Origin: Deltaproteobacteria bacterium
GTDB lineage: Bacteria; Desulfobacterota; Desulfobacteria; Desulfobacterales; ETH-SRB1
Assembly: GCA_030262795.1 (NCBI GenBank)
Contig: JAJSZO010000002.1
Coordinates: forward strand, 1-28,746
Reading direction: 5' to 3'
Length of the DNA: 28,746 nucleotides
Program-made: the position numbers and the translations under genes
Notes under the pieces: model-generated
Told to the model about the DNA's origin: nothing
Database searches by the model: none
What the model saw: the letters and a program-made list of their open reading frames with translations, nothing else
Part shown: in pieces, positions 7,554-15,585 of the stretch
Layout of the letters: every line of letters starts with the position of its first letter
How positions within the stretch are numbered: the stretch's first letter is position 1

Positions 7554-7621
7554 TTAGAACGTAGCAACCAACTCTGAAAAACCGCCGAGGTTTTGCGGTC
7601 AGCGTTAACATGCTATTAGGC
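7554..7621 (-). other. Possible highly degenerate attC (68 bp)
   Basis: Minus strand: GCCTAAT-AGCAT-GTTAACGCTGACCGC ... GCGGTTTTTCAGAGTTGGT-TGCTAC-GTTCTAA. It keeps the TGACC motif and the 5/6 spacers but has many mismatches. Confidence 0.35.
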
Positions 7622-7625
7622 GAAA

Positions 7626-7867
7626 TAAAAAGATGGCTTCTCCTGTAAATTGGGATATAATATCCAAATTATCAAATCATATCAATTAATTTTGTAGCAA
7701 AAGGAGAAGCCGACATGAAAATTACACAGATTGCCGAAAAAATCAATTTAAATCAGGTTATGGATATATCAGTTGATGTTCACAAAGACACTTTGCATTT
7801 CTTTTTTGCTTCTGATGGCAGGGAATATACAAACAACTTCCTTCAGAGAGGACAGTCAAGTATGTAA
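7626..7867 (+). mobile_element. IS110-family (possibly IS1111-type) left end and truncated transposase
   Basis: 7715-7867 encodes MKITQIAEKINLNQVMDISVDVHKDTLHFFF..., the xDVHKD first catalytic Asp motif of the DEDD RuvC domain, and stops after 50 aa. ATGGCTTCTCCT (7633-7644) is complementary to the RBS region AGGAGAAGCC (7702-7711). Confidence 0.55.
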
Positions 7868-7995
7868 TGGCGCGACTGTTGATCAGGAATTTATTCATTT
7901 CCGCACCAGTAGCGATAATGCGAGAAATTCGGCAACGTTACTTTACAAGAAAATCACCTGATATAGATGATTTTCCTGATAGTAGTATCACTTAA
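7834..7995 (+). pseudogene. Unidentified coding remnant joined to the IS110 fragment (possibly the 3' end of another transposase)
   Basis: An alternative frame reads QLPSERTVKYVMARLLIRNLFISAPVAIMREIRQRYFTRKSPDIDDFPDSSIT*. It looks protein-like and has no start; family not recognised. Confidence 0.25.
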
Positions 7996-8146
7996 GGCTT
8001 TACAGTAAAGTAAAATTTTAGTTTTTCAGTAAACAGTTTGGAGAGGTGTATCCATTACTCCTCAAAACTTTGGACTGTCGAGTATATTCAAGAAAAAAAA
8101 CATCAATTCTATTTATGATATTTTTTCTTTTACAATTGTGCGTTAC

Positions 8147-8220
8147 ATCCCCCTTAATCCCTTTTCAAAGGGGGAATTTAACGGAAGGATTCCTCCTTTG
8201 AGAGGGGACAGGATGTGTTA
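8147..8220. repeat. CCCCCTT...AAGGGGG-type extragenic palindromic repeat pair
   Basis: ATCCCCCTTAATCCCTTTTCAAAGGGGGAA followed by CCTCCTTTGAGAGGGGACAGGATGTGTT. Confidence 0.55.
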
Positions 8221-8317
8221 TTTTTCAAAATTAGAATTGCTGATCTATTTAAGAAATGATATACATCATTCTATCAATAGAAAATATATTTCCGGTTAAA
8301 AAAACAGGTGGGATATT

Positions 8318-9424
8318 ATGAAAAGAAAAGTCTATTTTATTGATTTTAAAGCTACATATAAGGAAAACCTTCTTTTTAAGATTGGGAAACTTCTTGACAC
8401 TTCCGGCCTTGGTTCAGCAATTAAAAAAAGAGATCTTGTTGCTGTTAAAATGCATTTTGGGGAGCAGGGGAATACTGCTTTTATCCGGCCTGTATTTATA
8501 AGAAAAATTATTGAAAAAATAAAAGAAGCGGGAAGTTTTCCATTCCTTACAGATTGTAATACCCTGTATGCCGGCTCACGAAGTGATGCTCCGCATCATC
8601 ATATAACGGCTATTCACAACGGATTTGCTTATTCAGTGGTTAATGCTCCGGTTGTCATAGCGGATGGGCTGAGGGGCCGCAGTGAAACTTCTGTGGTTAT
8701 AAACCGGAAACGTTTTAACAGAGTATATATTGGTTCTGAGATTGTACGAGCGGATTCGCTGTTATCAGTGGCCCATTTTAAGGGACACGAACTTTCCGGT
8801 TTTGGCGGGACAATTAAGAATCTTGGTATGGGTTGCGCATCAAGAAGGGGAAAGCTGGCTCAACATTCAACAGTAAGCCCTAAAGTTAAAAGCAAAAAAT
8901 GTGTCGGCTGCGGTGAATGCATAACTCATTGTGCCAAAAAAGCCATAAGGCTGATAAAAGATAAGGCAAGTATTGATCCTGAAAAGTGTATGGGCTGTGG
9001 AGAATGCATTATTATTTGCCCTAACGATGCAATACAGATTCAATGGAATCAGGATATACCCATTTTTCTCGAAAATATGGTTGAATACACGATGGGTGTT
9101 TTAAAGAATAAAAAGGGTAAAACATTGTTTTTGAATTTTATTACTGATGTTTCACCGGCATGTGACTGTCTGCCTTATAATGATTCACCTATTGTAAGGA
9201 ATATAGGCATAGTTGCTTCAAAAGACCCTGTTGCTATTGACCAGGCCTCTGTAGATCTTGTTAACAATGAGCAGGCTCTTCCTGGATCGTGCCTTAAAAA
9301 AAATACTAAACCGGGAGAAGATAAGTTCAGGGGTATGCATCCAAAAGTAGACTGGGCCACACAGCTTGAATATGCTGAAAGTCTTGGGTTGGGAAGCCGT
9401 ATTTATGAACTAATTAAAATCTGA
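8318..9424 (+). CDS. DUF362-domain protein with 2x[4Fe-4S] ferredoxin insert (COG2768-like)
   Basis: VAVKMHFGEQGN, LTDCNTLYAGSR, VAHFKGHELSGFGGTIKNLGMGCASRRGK, CVGCGECITHC, CMGCGECIIICP, ACDC, ASKDPVAIDQAS. Confidence 0.88.
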   Translation: MKRKVYFIDFKATYKENLLFKIGKLLDTSGLGSAIKKRDLVAVKMHFGEQGNTAFIRPVFIRKIIEKIKEAGSFPFLTDCNTLYAGSRSDAPHHHITAIHNGFAYSVVNAPVVIADGLRGRSETSVVINRKRFNRVYIGSEIVRADSLLSVAHFKGHELSGFGGTIKNLGMGCASRRGKLAQHSTVSPKVKSKKCVGCGECITHCAKKAIRLIKDKASIDPEKCMGCGECIIICPNDAIQIQWNQDIPIFLENMVEYTMGVLKNKKGKTLFLNFITDVSPACDCLPYNDSPIVRNIGIVASKDPVAIDQASVDLVNNEQALPGSCLKKNTKPGEDKFRGMHPKVDWATQLEYAESLGLGSRIYELIKI

Positions 9425-10356
9425 AAGGCGGGTTCAAAATTCGTATTATAACGGCTCCGGAAATCTTCCTGAGTGAACTTATGTTCCTGAGTACCGTGGT
9501 GCTCAACTGCAAAACTGGCGCAAGTGGCCCCCATCTTTGCACAAGTTATCAGATTTTTTTCCATTACCATACCTTTAATCATTCCTGCACGGTAGGCATC
9601 TCCTGCACCTGTCGGATCAGATACAACGTGAGCTTTTGCTGATGGTATTTTTGTTTCCCGGTCCTGAGAACATATTATTGAGCCGTTTTCACCGAGAGTC
9701 GTAATAATACACTTTGTCATTTTAAGAAGATCTGAATTTTCAAGCTCAGTAGCTTTTTTTATCATTTCAAGCTCATAGTCATTTGATATCAGCATTTCGG
9801 AATCAATAATTATCTCTGTCATCTGGTTTCCTGACAGCGCCGGGATAGATTGGCCGGGATCAAAAATATAGGGAATGCGGTGTTCTTTGTAAATCCGGCC
9901 GTAGTTCATCATATCTTCAATATTACCCGGAGCTATAATTGCTATTGCCTTTTTCCGATTAACTCCGTCAAATTTATAAAGCGAGGAATATTTCATGGCT
10001 CCCGGGTTAAAGCCTGTAATCTGGTTATCTGATTTGTCTGTTGTAATATAAGCGCCTGCGGTGAATTCTTCCGGAATTTTTCGGATTCCATCTAATGGCA
10101 GGTTTTGTTGATGCAACCAGGTTTCATAGGTGTCAAAATCTTTGCCGACAGTTGCCAGAATCAGCGGTTTCTCTTCTAATAAGGAAAGGCTGTAAGCAAT
10201 ATTTCCTGCTGTGCCTCCAAATTTCTCGGTAAGGCCGTTAACCATAAAGCAAACATTTAGAATATGTATTTTTTCAGGTAATATATGATCCTCAAATTTT
10301 CCAGGGAAATCCATTATACGGTCATAAGCCAGGGACCCTGACACAAATATTTTCAT
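9403..10356 (-). CDS. PfkB-family carbohydrate/nucleoside kinase (bacterial adenosine-kinase-like)
   Basis: VSGSLAYD..FPGKF, FGGTAGNIAY, FDPGQ, TTLGENGS, DPTGAGDAYRAG (PfkB signature 2). Confidence 0.88.
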   Translation of the reverse strand: MKIFVSGSLAYDRIMDFPGKFEDHILPEKIHILNVCFMVNGLTEKFGGTAGNIAYSLSLLEEKPLILATVGKDFDTYETWLHQQNLPLDGIRKIPEEFTAGAYITTDKSDNQITGFNPGAMKYSSLYKFDGVNRKKAIAIIAPGNIEDMMNYGRIYKEHRIPYIFDPGQSIPALSGNQMTEIIIDSEMLISNDYELEMIKKATELENSDLLKMTKCIITTLGENGSIICSQDRETKIPSAKAHVVSDPTGAGDAYRAGMIKGMVMEKNLITCAKMGATCASFAVEHHGTQEHKFTQEDFRSRYNTNFEPAFQILISS

Positions 10357-10427
10357 GCAATCACTCCTGAAACACTCTTTAAAAATTTATCTGCATCTAT
10401 GCCGATACGTTCAATAAAAAAACATTA

Positions 10428-10505
10428 ATTTGTCCACTAATTTCACGAATTAGCACTAATCATTAGTTTCCATTTAGTGTAACTTCGTGTAATTAGTGGA
10501 CAAAT
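10428..10505. repeat. Long palindromic element built from ~10-bp CAC[T/G]AAT units
   Basis: Perfect 15-bp terminal IR ATTTGTCCACTAATT/AATTAGTGGACAAAT; inner CACGAAT and CACTAAT units mirrored by ATTTAGTG and TTCGTG. Confidence 0.65.
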
Positions 10506-10528
10506 ATAAAAAGCATGGCCATTTAATA

Positions 10529-10687
10529 CTAATCATCCCATAATTCGTCATCCCACAAATTGTCATACATATCATCCCAACTTATAACATCATTAAAAAT
10601 ACTTTTTAAACCAAATCTGTTATGTGTAGCTTCACAATCAGATTCAAATCCATTTCCATCGAAGTATAATCTGTCAAGATCAGGCAT
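10529..10687 (-). CDS. Unannotated 52-aa acidic peptide with three WDD motifs
   Basis: MPDLDRLYFDGNGFESDCEATHNRFGLKSIFNDVISWDDMYDNLWDDELWDD*. Strong RBS GGAGGTGGCT-ATG; 15 Asp/Glu versus 3 Arg/Lys; below the 60-aa cutoff of the ORF track. Confidence 0.65.
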   Translation of the reverse strand: MPDLDRLYFDGNGFESDCEATHNRFGLKSIFNDVISWDDMYDNLWDDELWDD

Positions 10688-10724
10688 AGCCACCTCCATT
10701 TTAGAGAAAAAGCAGGAAGTTTTA

Positions 10725-10999
10725 ACCTAAGGGTTTGCACAAAAATAACTTCACGTTTTAAGCGCCCATGCATCCCGTATGGCTGCGTTGCGAAAGCGCA
10801 GGCATATCCTGATTTCTTGCACTTTCGCGCCTTGCCATACGGACGCCTCAACACTTAAAATTGCGAACTTATTTTTGTGCGAACCCTAAGTTGAGCGATC
10901 TTTTACAAAGAAATGTACCGGGATCTTGATGCGGCCCCGCCCAAGCGGGAATGCACAAGAAATTAGTGCAGGTCAAGTAAGCAATCTCTCAATTTAGGT
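10725..10999. mobile_element. MITE family B copy, interrupted in its left TIR by a family C MITE
   Basis: Removing 10731-10889 restores ACCTAAGTTGAGCGAT; right end ATCTCTCAATTTAGGT; TTA duplicated (10722-10724, 11000-11002). It is an inverted homologue of 11114-11274 with a shorter centre. Confidence 0.75.
10731..10886. mobile_element. 156-bp MITE family C
   Basis: TIRs GGGTTTGCACAAAAATAA / TTATTTTTGTGCGAACCC; TAA duplicated (10728-10730, 10887-10889); internal stem CCGTATGGC...GCCATACGG. Confidence 0.85.
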
Positions 11000-11005
11000 T
11001 TAAGA

Positions 11006-11035
11006 TTGACAAATGCAGGTGAGCAACAATACTAT
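11006..11035 (+). promoter_or_regulatory. Putative sigma70 promoter between two inverted family B MITEs
   Basis: TTGACA-18 nt-TACTAT. Confidence 0.35.
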
Positions 11036-11113
11036 AACGGAAGTTTTATTTATTCTACGTTTATGTTTATCTGTTCTGGCTTTTTCCCCTCAGCTTTCGG
11101 CACTTTTATTTTA

Positions 11114-11274
11114 ACCTAAATTGAGAGATTTTTGGCTTGATCTGCACTGATCTCTTGCGCATCAAGGATTCGCAAAAATCCTCGACATATCCACTGGTAT
11201 GCCTGCGGTTTTTGCGAACCCTTATGCATCAAGATCTCAACACATTTCTTCCCCAAAAATCGCTCAACTTAGGT
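11114..11274. mobile_element. 161-bp MITE family B, complete copy
   Basis: TIRs ACCTAAATTGAGAGAT / ATCGCTCAACTTAGGT; TTA duplicated (11111-11113, 11275-11277); central stem TTCGCAAAAA...TTTTTGCGAA. Confidence 0.8.
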
Positions 11275-11402
11275 TTAAGTACTCCATTTTTGGAAGTTGC
11301 CTTACTCGCTGCAGAATCTATGGCTTCCGGCAAGGTGCATGACCTCCGGAATTTTTCAGAACTTCTTTTTTTCAGTAGTAATTTTCTTCCTTGATCTCTT
11401 TA

Positions 11403-11582
11403 GGAACGTGGACAAAATAACTTCCCCAGGCAGGCGCACAGATTCAGATCGAATTTGTTTGATCTCAGATCACAAAAGTTGATAAAATAACGAGCTATTT
11501 CAATATGTTTGTGATTTGAAATCCAACAAAGGCGATCTGAATCCGTGATGCATAGTTGTGAAACTTGTTTCGTTCACGTCTC
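11403..11582 (+). mobile_element. 180-bp MITE family A, diverged copy
   Basis: Aligns without gaps to 6021-6200 (manual count 146/180 identical); TTA duplicated (11400-11402, 11583-11585). Confidence 0.85.
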
Positions 11583-11744
11583 TTATCAAAAGAGAGAGCT
11601 CTCCTTTAATTGTCAGCACATTCTTGTGTTCTTCTTTTAATCATTTACAACCAACTGTCAAGATAAAAATGAAGGTAAATTCACAATATTGCAAATTATT
11701 AGTAAATTTGATTTAAAAGCTATCGGAAATTTGAAAATGTCCGG

Positions 11745-11773
11745 TTGCACACTTTGCAATTCATTATTATAAA
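11745..11773 (+). promoter_or_regulatory. Putative sigma70 promoter of recD2
   Basis: TTGCAC-17 nt-TATAAA, ~55 bp upstream of the ATG. Confidence 0.5.
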
Positions 11774-11829
11774 GGAATCTGTTTCACATATAGATCTCTA
11801 CTCGAAATTAAGGAACGTGATAAAAAATT

Positions 11830-14319
11830 ATGCAAACCCTGATACGCAAACAGACCGGAATAATAAAAGAATCAATCCGTGGAATTGTGGATCGAGTCAC
11901 TTATCACAATCCTGACAGCGGATGGTCTGTTCTTCGCGTTTTACCATTCAATAATCCCTACCAGCAGGAAACGGTTACAGTCCATCAAACAAAAGTGTTT
12001 GCCGGAGCGACGATGGAGTTTTATGGAGCGTGGACTGTTCATCCTAAATTCGGCCGTCAATTCAAAGCCACGGAAGCTGTTGAGAGAAAGCCCGCAACGA
12101 TAGCTGCATTGGAGAAATACTTAGGCTCCGGCCTCATTAAGGGCGTAGGCCCGAAAACTGCAAAGAAAATCGTCAAACATTTCCATGAAAAAACACTTGC
12201 AATATTTGAAGAGGAGATTAAAAGGCTTACTGAGGTCCCGGGAATCGCTCAAAAAAAACTGGAAATGATCAGTCAAGCCTGGTCTGAACATCGGGCTATC
12301 AGAGAAGTGATGATGTTTCTGCAATCCCATGGAATAAGCACCCTTTTTGCTGTCCGTATTTATAAGGAATACGGTGATCATGCCATCCCCTATGTAACCG
12401 AAGATCCATACCGACTATCTAATGATTTTTACGGCATAGGATTTTTTTCAGCCGACAAGGTAGCACTGAGCATTGGTCTTGATATTGATAGCCCTGAAAG
12501 AATCGTGGCCGGCATAAAACATGTTTTGGCTGCAAGCAGAGACTTTGGCCACTGTTACCTGACAGAATCACAAATCCAGGCACAAGTTAACGAATTATTA
12601 GAACTGGATATTAGTGATCGTTTACCTGATTTGCTGAAAAAAATGGAGCAGGACCGGGTTGTCATGGTTAGAAAACTCGTCAAGATAGAAGGTTCAACCG
12701 AGCCATGCTATTATTCCAGAACTCTCTATTTTGATGAACTGTATGTCGCAAAGAAAATCTCCGGCATGAATAATTCGCCGAACATTGATATTGATAAGGA
12801 ACGGATAGAGCGCTGGATTAATCGTTATTGTCAGATCAAGAATATTTCCCTGAGCGATGAACAGGCCGCTGCTGTTAGGGGGATTGTTTGTGAAAAATTC
12901 TCCATTCTGACTGGTGGTCCCGGCTGCGGCAAAACAACCACAACACTAATACTTGTTAAATTGCTTGAAGCAATGAAGCTGAAATCTTTACTGGCAGCGC
13001 CTACCGGCCGCGCGGCTCAGCGCATGATGGATGTGATTGGAAAAAAGTCCAAAACAATTCATCGTTTGCTGGAGTGGCAAGTTGGCAAATTCAACAAGAA
13101 CGAAGAAAACCCTCTTGACGTTGACTTTCTGATTATCGACGAATGTTCCATGCTGGATATTAATCTAACCGCATCATTGCTCAAGGCTGTTCCAAATCAG
13201 AGCCAGGTTCTTTTTATCGGCGATGCAGATCAACTGCCGTCAGTCGGTGCAGGTAATGTACTTCGGGATATGATCTTATCCAACACAGTTCCTTGTTTCA
13301 GATTGACAAAAATTTTTCGACAGGCACAACAATCCCTCATCATCAAATACGCCCATCAGATCAATAATGGGGAAATGCCCTATATTGATTCACCGTTTAA
13401 AAAACCTGAACTATGGAAACAGGAAAAAGATTGTCTGTTCCTTGACTCAGACGAAGTTACAAAGGAGCAGCTTAGTTTTATTGACAAAGTTAAAAAATAC
13501 TATACAGTAAAAACAGTTTCACTTGACAACGATTCGGATTCAAACCTTTACGAATTCCGAACAAATGAGCCGTTAATCCCTTATGAAACCGAATTAACAA
13601 TCCCAAGGAAATTTCAACACGTCAGCATTGAAAAGGTATATAAAGCAAAAACAGGGGTCGATGAATTGTTGTCGGTATTAAAAAAAGTTCATCCATGGTC
13701 GTCGTTGCATTATGGTCTTTCAGCTTCTGATGTGGTCAGAAAATTATATTTAGAATGGATACCGAAATATTTTGGACGTAAAATTGAAATTCAGGTTATT
13801 ACACCCATGACAAGGGGAAGTCTGGGTACTGTCAGTTTAAATAAGATGATTCAGAAATCTGCCAATCCTCCACAAAAAGGGAAAAGTCAATTACAGGTTG
13901 GCGAAAGAATATTCAGGGTCGGCGATCGGGTTATTCATAGAAGAAACAATTATGATCTTGGAGTGTTTAACGGCGATATTGGTATCATTCGGGAAATCGA
14001 CAATGAGGAGCTTACATGTATGGTTTCATTTTTTCCGGATGAACGAGAGGTTCGGTATAAACGCGATGATATTCAGGAATTGAGCCTGGCCTATGCCATT
14101 ACGATCCATAAGTCGCAGGGAAGTGAGTTTGAGGCAGTTATTATTCCGATTCTTACACAACATTTTAAAATGCTATTTCGGAATCTCATCTACACTGGCC
14201 TGACAAGGGCAAGAAAACTTGTTGTTTTGGTTGGAACTCGTAAAGCGTTGGCTATGTCGGTAAAAAATCAAGACACCAGTCAACGACAGACTTTCCTGCA
14301 AAAACTTCTACAATCATAA
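11830..14319 (+). CDS. recD2: ATP-dependent RecD-like SF1B DNA helicase (RecD2)
   Basis: N-terminal OB-like region, HhH motifs (IKGVGPKTA, VPGIAQKK, YGIGFFSAD), Walker A GGPGCGKTT, IIDECSM, GDADQLPSVGAG, AYAITIHKSQGSEF, YTGLTRARK. No recBC adjacent. Confidence 0.92.
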   Translation: MQTLIRKQTGIIKESIRGIVDRVTYHNPDSGWSVLRVLPFNNPYQQETVTVHQTKVFAGATMEFYGAWTVHPKFGRQFKATEAVERKPATIAALEKYLGSGLIKGVGPKTAKKIVKHFHEKTLAIFEEEIKRLTEVPGIAQKKLEMISQAWSEHRAIREVMMFLQSHGISTLFAVRIYKEYGDHAIPYVTEDPYRLSNDFYGIGFFSADKVALSIGLDIDSPERIVAGIKHVLAASRDFGHCYLTESQIQAQVNELLELDISDRLPDLLKKMEQDRVVMVRKLVKIEGSTEPCYYSRTLYFDELYVAKKISGMNNSPNIDIDKERIERWINRYCQIKNISLSDEQAAAVRGIVCEKFSILTGGPGCGKTTTTLILVKLLEAMKLKSLLAAPTGRAAQRMMDVIGKKSKTIHRLLEWQVGKFNKNEENPLDVDFLIIDECSMLDINLTASLLKAVPNQSQVLFIGDADQLPSVGAGNVLRDMILSNTVPCFRLTKIFRQAQQSLIIKYAHQINNGEMPYIDSPFKKPELWKQEKDCLFLDSDEVTKEQLSFIDKVKKYYTVKTVSLDNDSDSNLYEFRTNEPLIPYETELTIPRKFQHVSIEKVYKAKTGVDELLSVLKKVHPWSSLHYGLSASDVVRKLYLEWIPKYFGRKIEIQVITPMTRGSLGTVSLNKMIQKSANPPQKGKSQLQVGERIFRVGDRVIHRRNNYDLGVFNGDIGIIREIDNEELTCMVSFFPDEREVRYKRDDIQELSLAYAITIHKSQGSEFEAVIIPILTQHFKMLFRNLIYTGLTRARKLVVLVGTRKALAMSVKNQDTSQRQTFLQKLLQS

Positions 14320-14324
14320 TACTA

Positions 14325-14348
14325 AGGTTCAGGGTTCAGGGTTCAAGG
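14325..14348. repeat. Heptamer tandem repeat (GGGTTCA)x3
   Basis: AGGTTCAGGGTTCAGGGTTCAAGG directly after the recD2 stop. Confidence 0.6.
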
Positions 14349-14445
14349 AATGCTGCCATTTTATATTTCTTAAAACATCAATGCACAAGCGGGCAAACTC
14401 TAAGTAACTTTGGCTTATCAATTAGCACGCCAAAGGCGTACCACC

Positions 14446-14473
14446 AATAGTCAATTTTCAATAGTCAATTTTC
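14446..14473. repeat. 14-bp direct tandem repeat (double heptamer)
   Basis: AATAGTCAATTTTC x2. Confidence 0.6.
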
Positions 14474-14567
14474 ACTTTTAATCCTAACCTGTTAAAATTA
14501 TAGTATATATGATTCATTAGGGAAACTTTTATTATGTAATAACCAACTTACTCAGAGAGAGGTATTT

Positions 14568-15536
14568 ATGGCAAAATTTATATCTCAAGAGATTATTCAT
14601 CAAATGGTTGCGCGCTGGTCATCTCCTCGTCCGGAGAATTATCGGTTTAAAATTTTCAAAGATACGTCGGATTTTTTTCGTGTAGAATATGGAAGCGTGG
14701 TCGTTCTTGATGAAAAACCCTTCCTGATCCTGCATAATGCAAAGGAAGGACGTTTTGGGCTTGATGATGAGGAAAAATTTTGGGTTAAACGATCAGTTGA
14801 TTTAACCGATGGAAGCAGAAAAATCATAAAGCTTGTTTTTTATGAAAAGTTTATGGCTAATATTGCGGGTATTGATTTTGAGTGCTTTAGGAGCCCCAAA
14901 AAAGAGGCTCGCATCTTAAAGCTGGTAGGTAATCATAAAAATTTCATGCATGGATATGCGGTAGAGGATGAAAATGGAAATATTGTCAGAGTATTGGACG
15001 TGGTTAATGGAAAACCTCTCCATATTCATTTGCAAAATTTAGAGTGTGATCACCAGGCTTATTTTTATAAGCTGTTCCCCGATATCTTAAGTAAATATAT
15101 TGAGTGTATTAAGGCTATTAAATTTCTACACGAAAATGGTGAGAAACACGGCGATATTCGTAGAGATCATATTTTCATTGACAGGGACAGCGGAGATTTT
15201 CGCTGGATAGATTTTGATTATAATTATCGCCAGAGAGAGAATATATATAGTTATGATCTCTTTGGCCTGGGTAATATTTTAATATTTTTGACAGGAATGG
15301 GCGATGTAATGATGACTGATCTTAAGAAACAAAACCATCCTGCTTTAAGTCTGCTGACAGATGATGATGTTAATATTGTTTTTCACAATCGTGTGGCAAA
15401 TTTAAAAAAAAATTATCCCTACATACCTGAAACCCTTAACAGTGCCCTCATGCATTTCTCAAGTGGAGCCAACCGGTTTTATGATAATACCGGTCAGTTG
15501 CTGGAAGATTTGGAAGAGTTCATACAAACACAATGA
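14568..15536 (+). CDS. Protein-kinase-like (Hanks-type Ser/Thr kinase fold) protein with atypical motifs
   Basis: KIIKLVF (beta3 Lys), KEARIL (alphaC Glu), HGDIRRDHIFID (catalytic loop), WIDFD (DFG-equivalent), YDLFGLGNIL (subdomain IX). No transmembrane or sensor domain. Confidence 0.75.
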   Translation: MAKFISQEIIHQMVARWSSPRPENYRFKIFKDTSDFFRVEYGSVVVLDEKPFLILHNAKEGRFGLDDEEKFWVKRSVDLTDGSRKIIKLVFYEKFMANIAGIDFECFRSPKKEARILKLVGNHKNFMHGYAVEDENGNIVRVLDVVNGKPLHIHLQNLECDHQAYFYKLFPDILSKYIECIKAIKFLHENGEKHGDIRRDHIFIDRDSGDFRWIDFDYNYRQRENIYSYDLFGLGNILIFLTGMGDVMMTDLKKQNHPALSLLTDDDVNIVFHNRVANLKKNYPYIPETLNSALMHFSSGANRFYDNTGQLLEDLEEFIQTQ

Positions 15537-15585
15537 GATCTTTGAAAGGTGTTTTGCAAAGGTCTCACAATAAGGAGGAAAAAAC

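Noticed and set aside
9403-9424. 22-bp convergent overlap of the DUF362 and PfkB genes
   Set aside because: Short tail-to-tail overlaps are common; no evidence of a regulatory role.
10529-10687. WDD peptide as a RiPP precursor
   Set aside because: No radical SAM, YcaO, peptidase or transporter gene is adjacent; the nearby Fe-S proteins lack the CxxxCxxC radical SAM motif.
10606-10854. 82-aa minus-strand ORF, and the plus-strand ORFs 11137-11394 and 11297-11482
   Set aside because: They run through MITE sequence and lack RBSs; the frame with a strong RBS is 10529-10687.
6021-11582. MITE copies and heptamer runs as a CRISPR array
   Set aside because: No regularly spaced 23-47 bp direct repeats with unique spacers and no cas genes; the repeats are TIR-bounded or tandem.
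11808-11829. TAAGGAACGTGATAA before recD2 as a MITE end supplying the RBS
   Set aside because: Similar to the family A TIR but short, and AAGGA is ~15 nt from the ATG, too far for a typical Shine-Dalgarno.
1844-14365. Shared 12-mer TGCCATTTTATA at 1844 and 14354, and CCCGCC/GCGGG hairpins at 1827 and 10936
   Set aside because: Possibly fragments of another dispersed repeat, but too short to define boundaries or function from this window.
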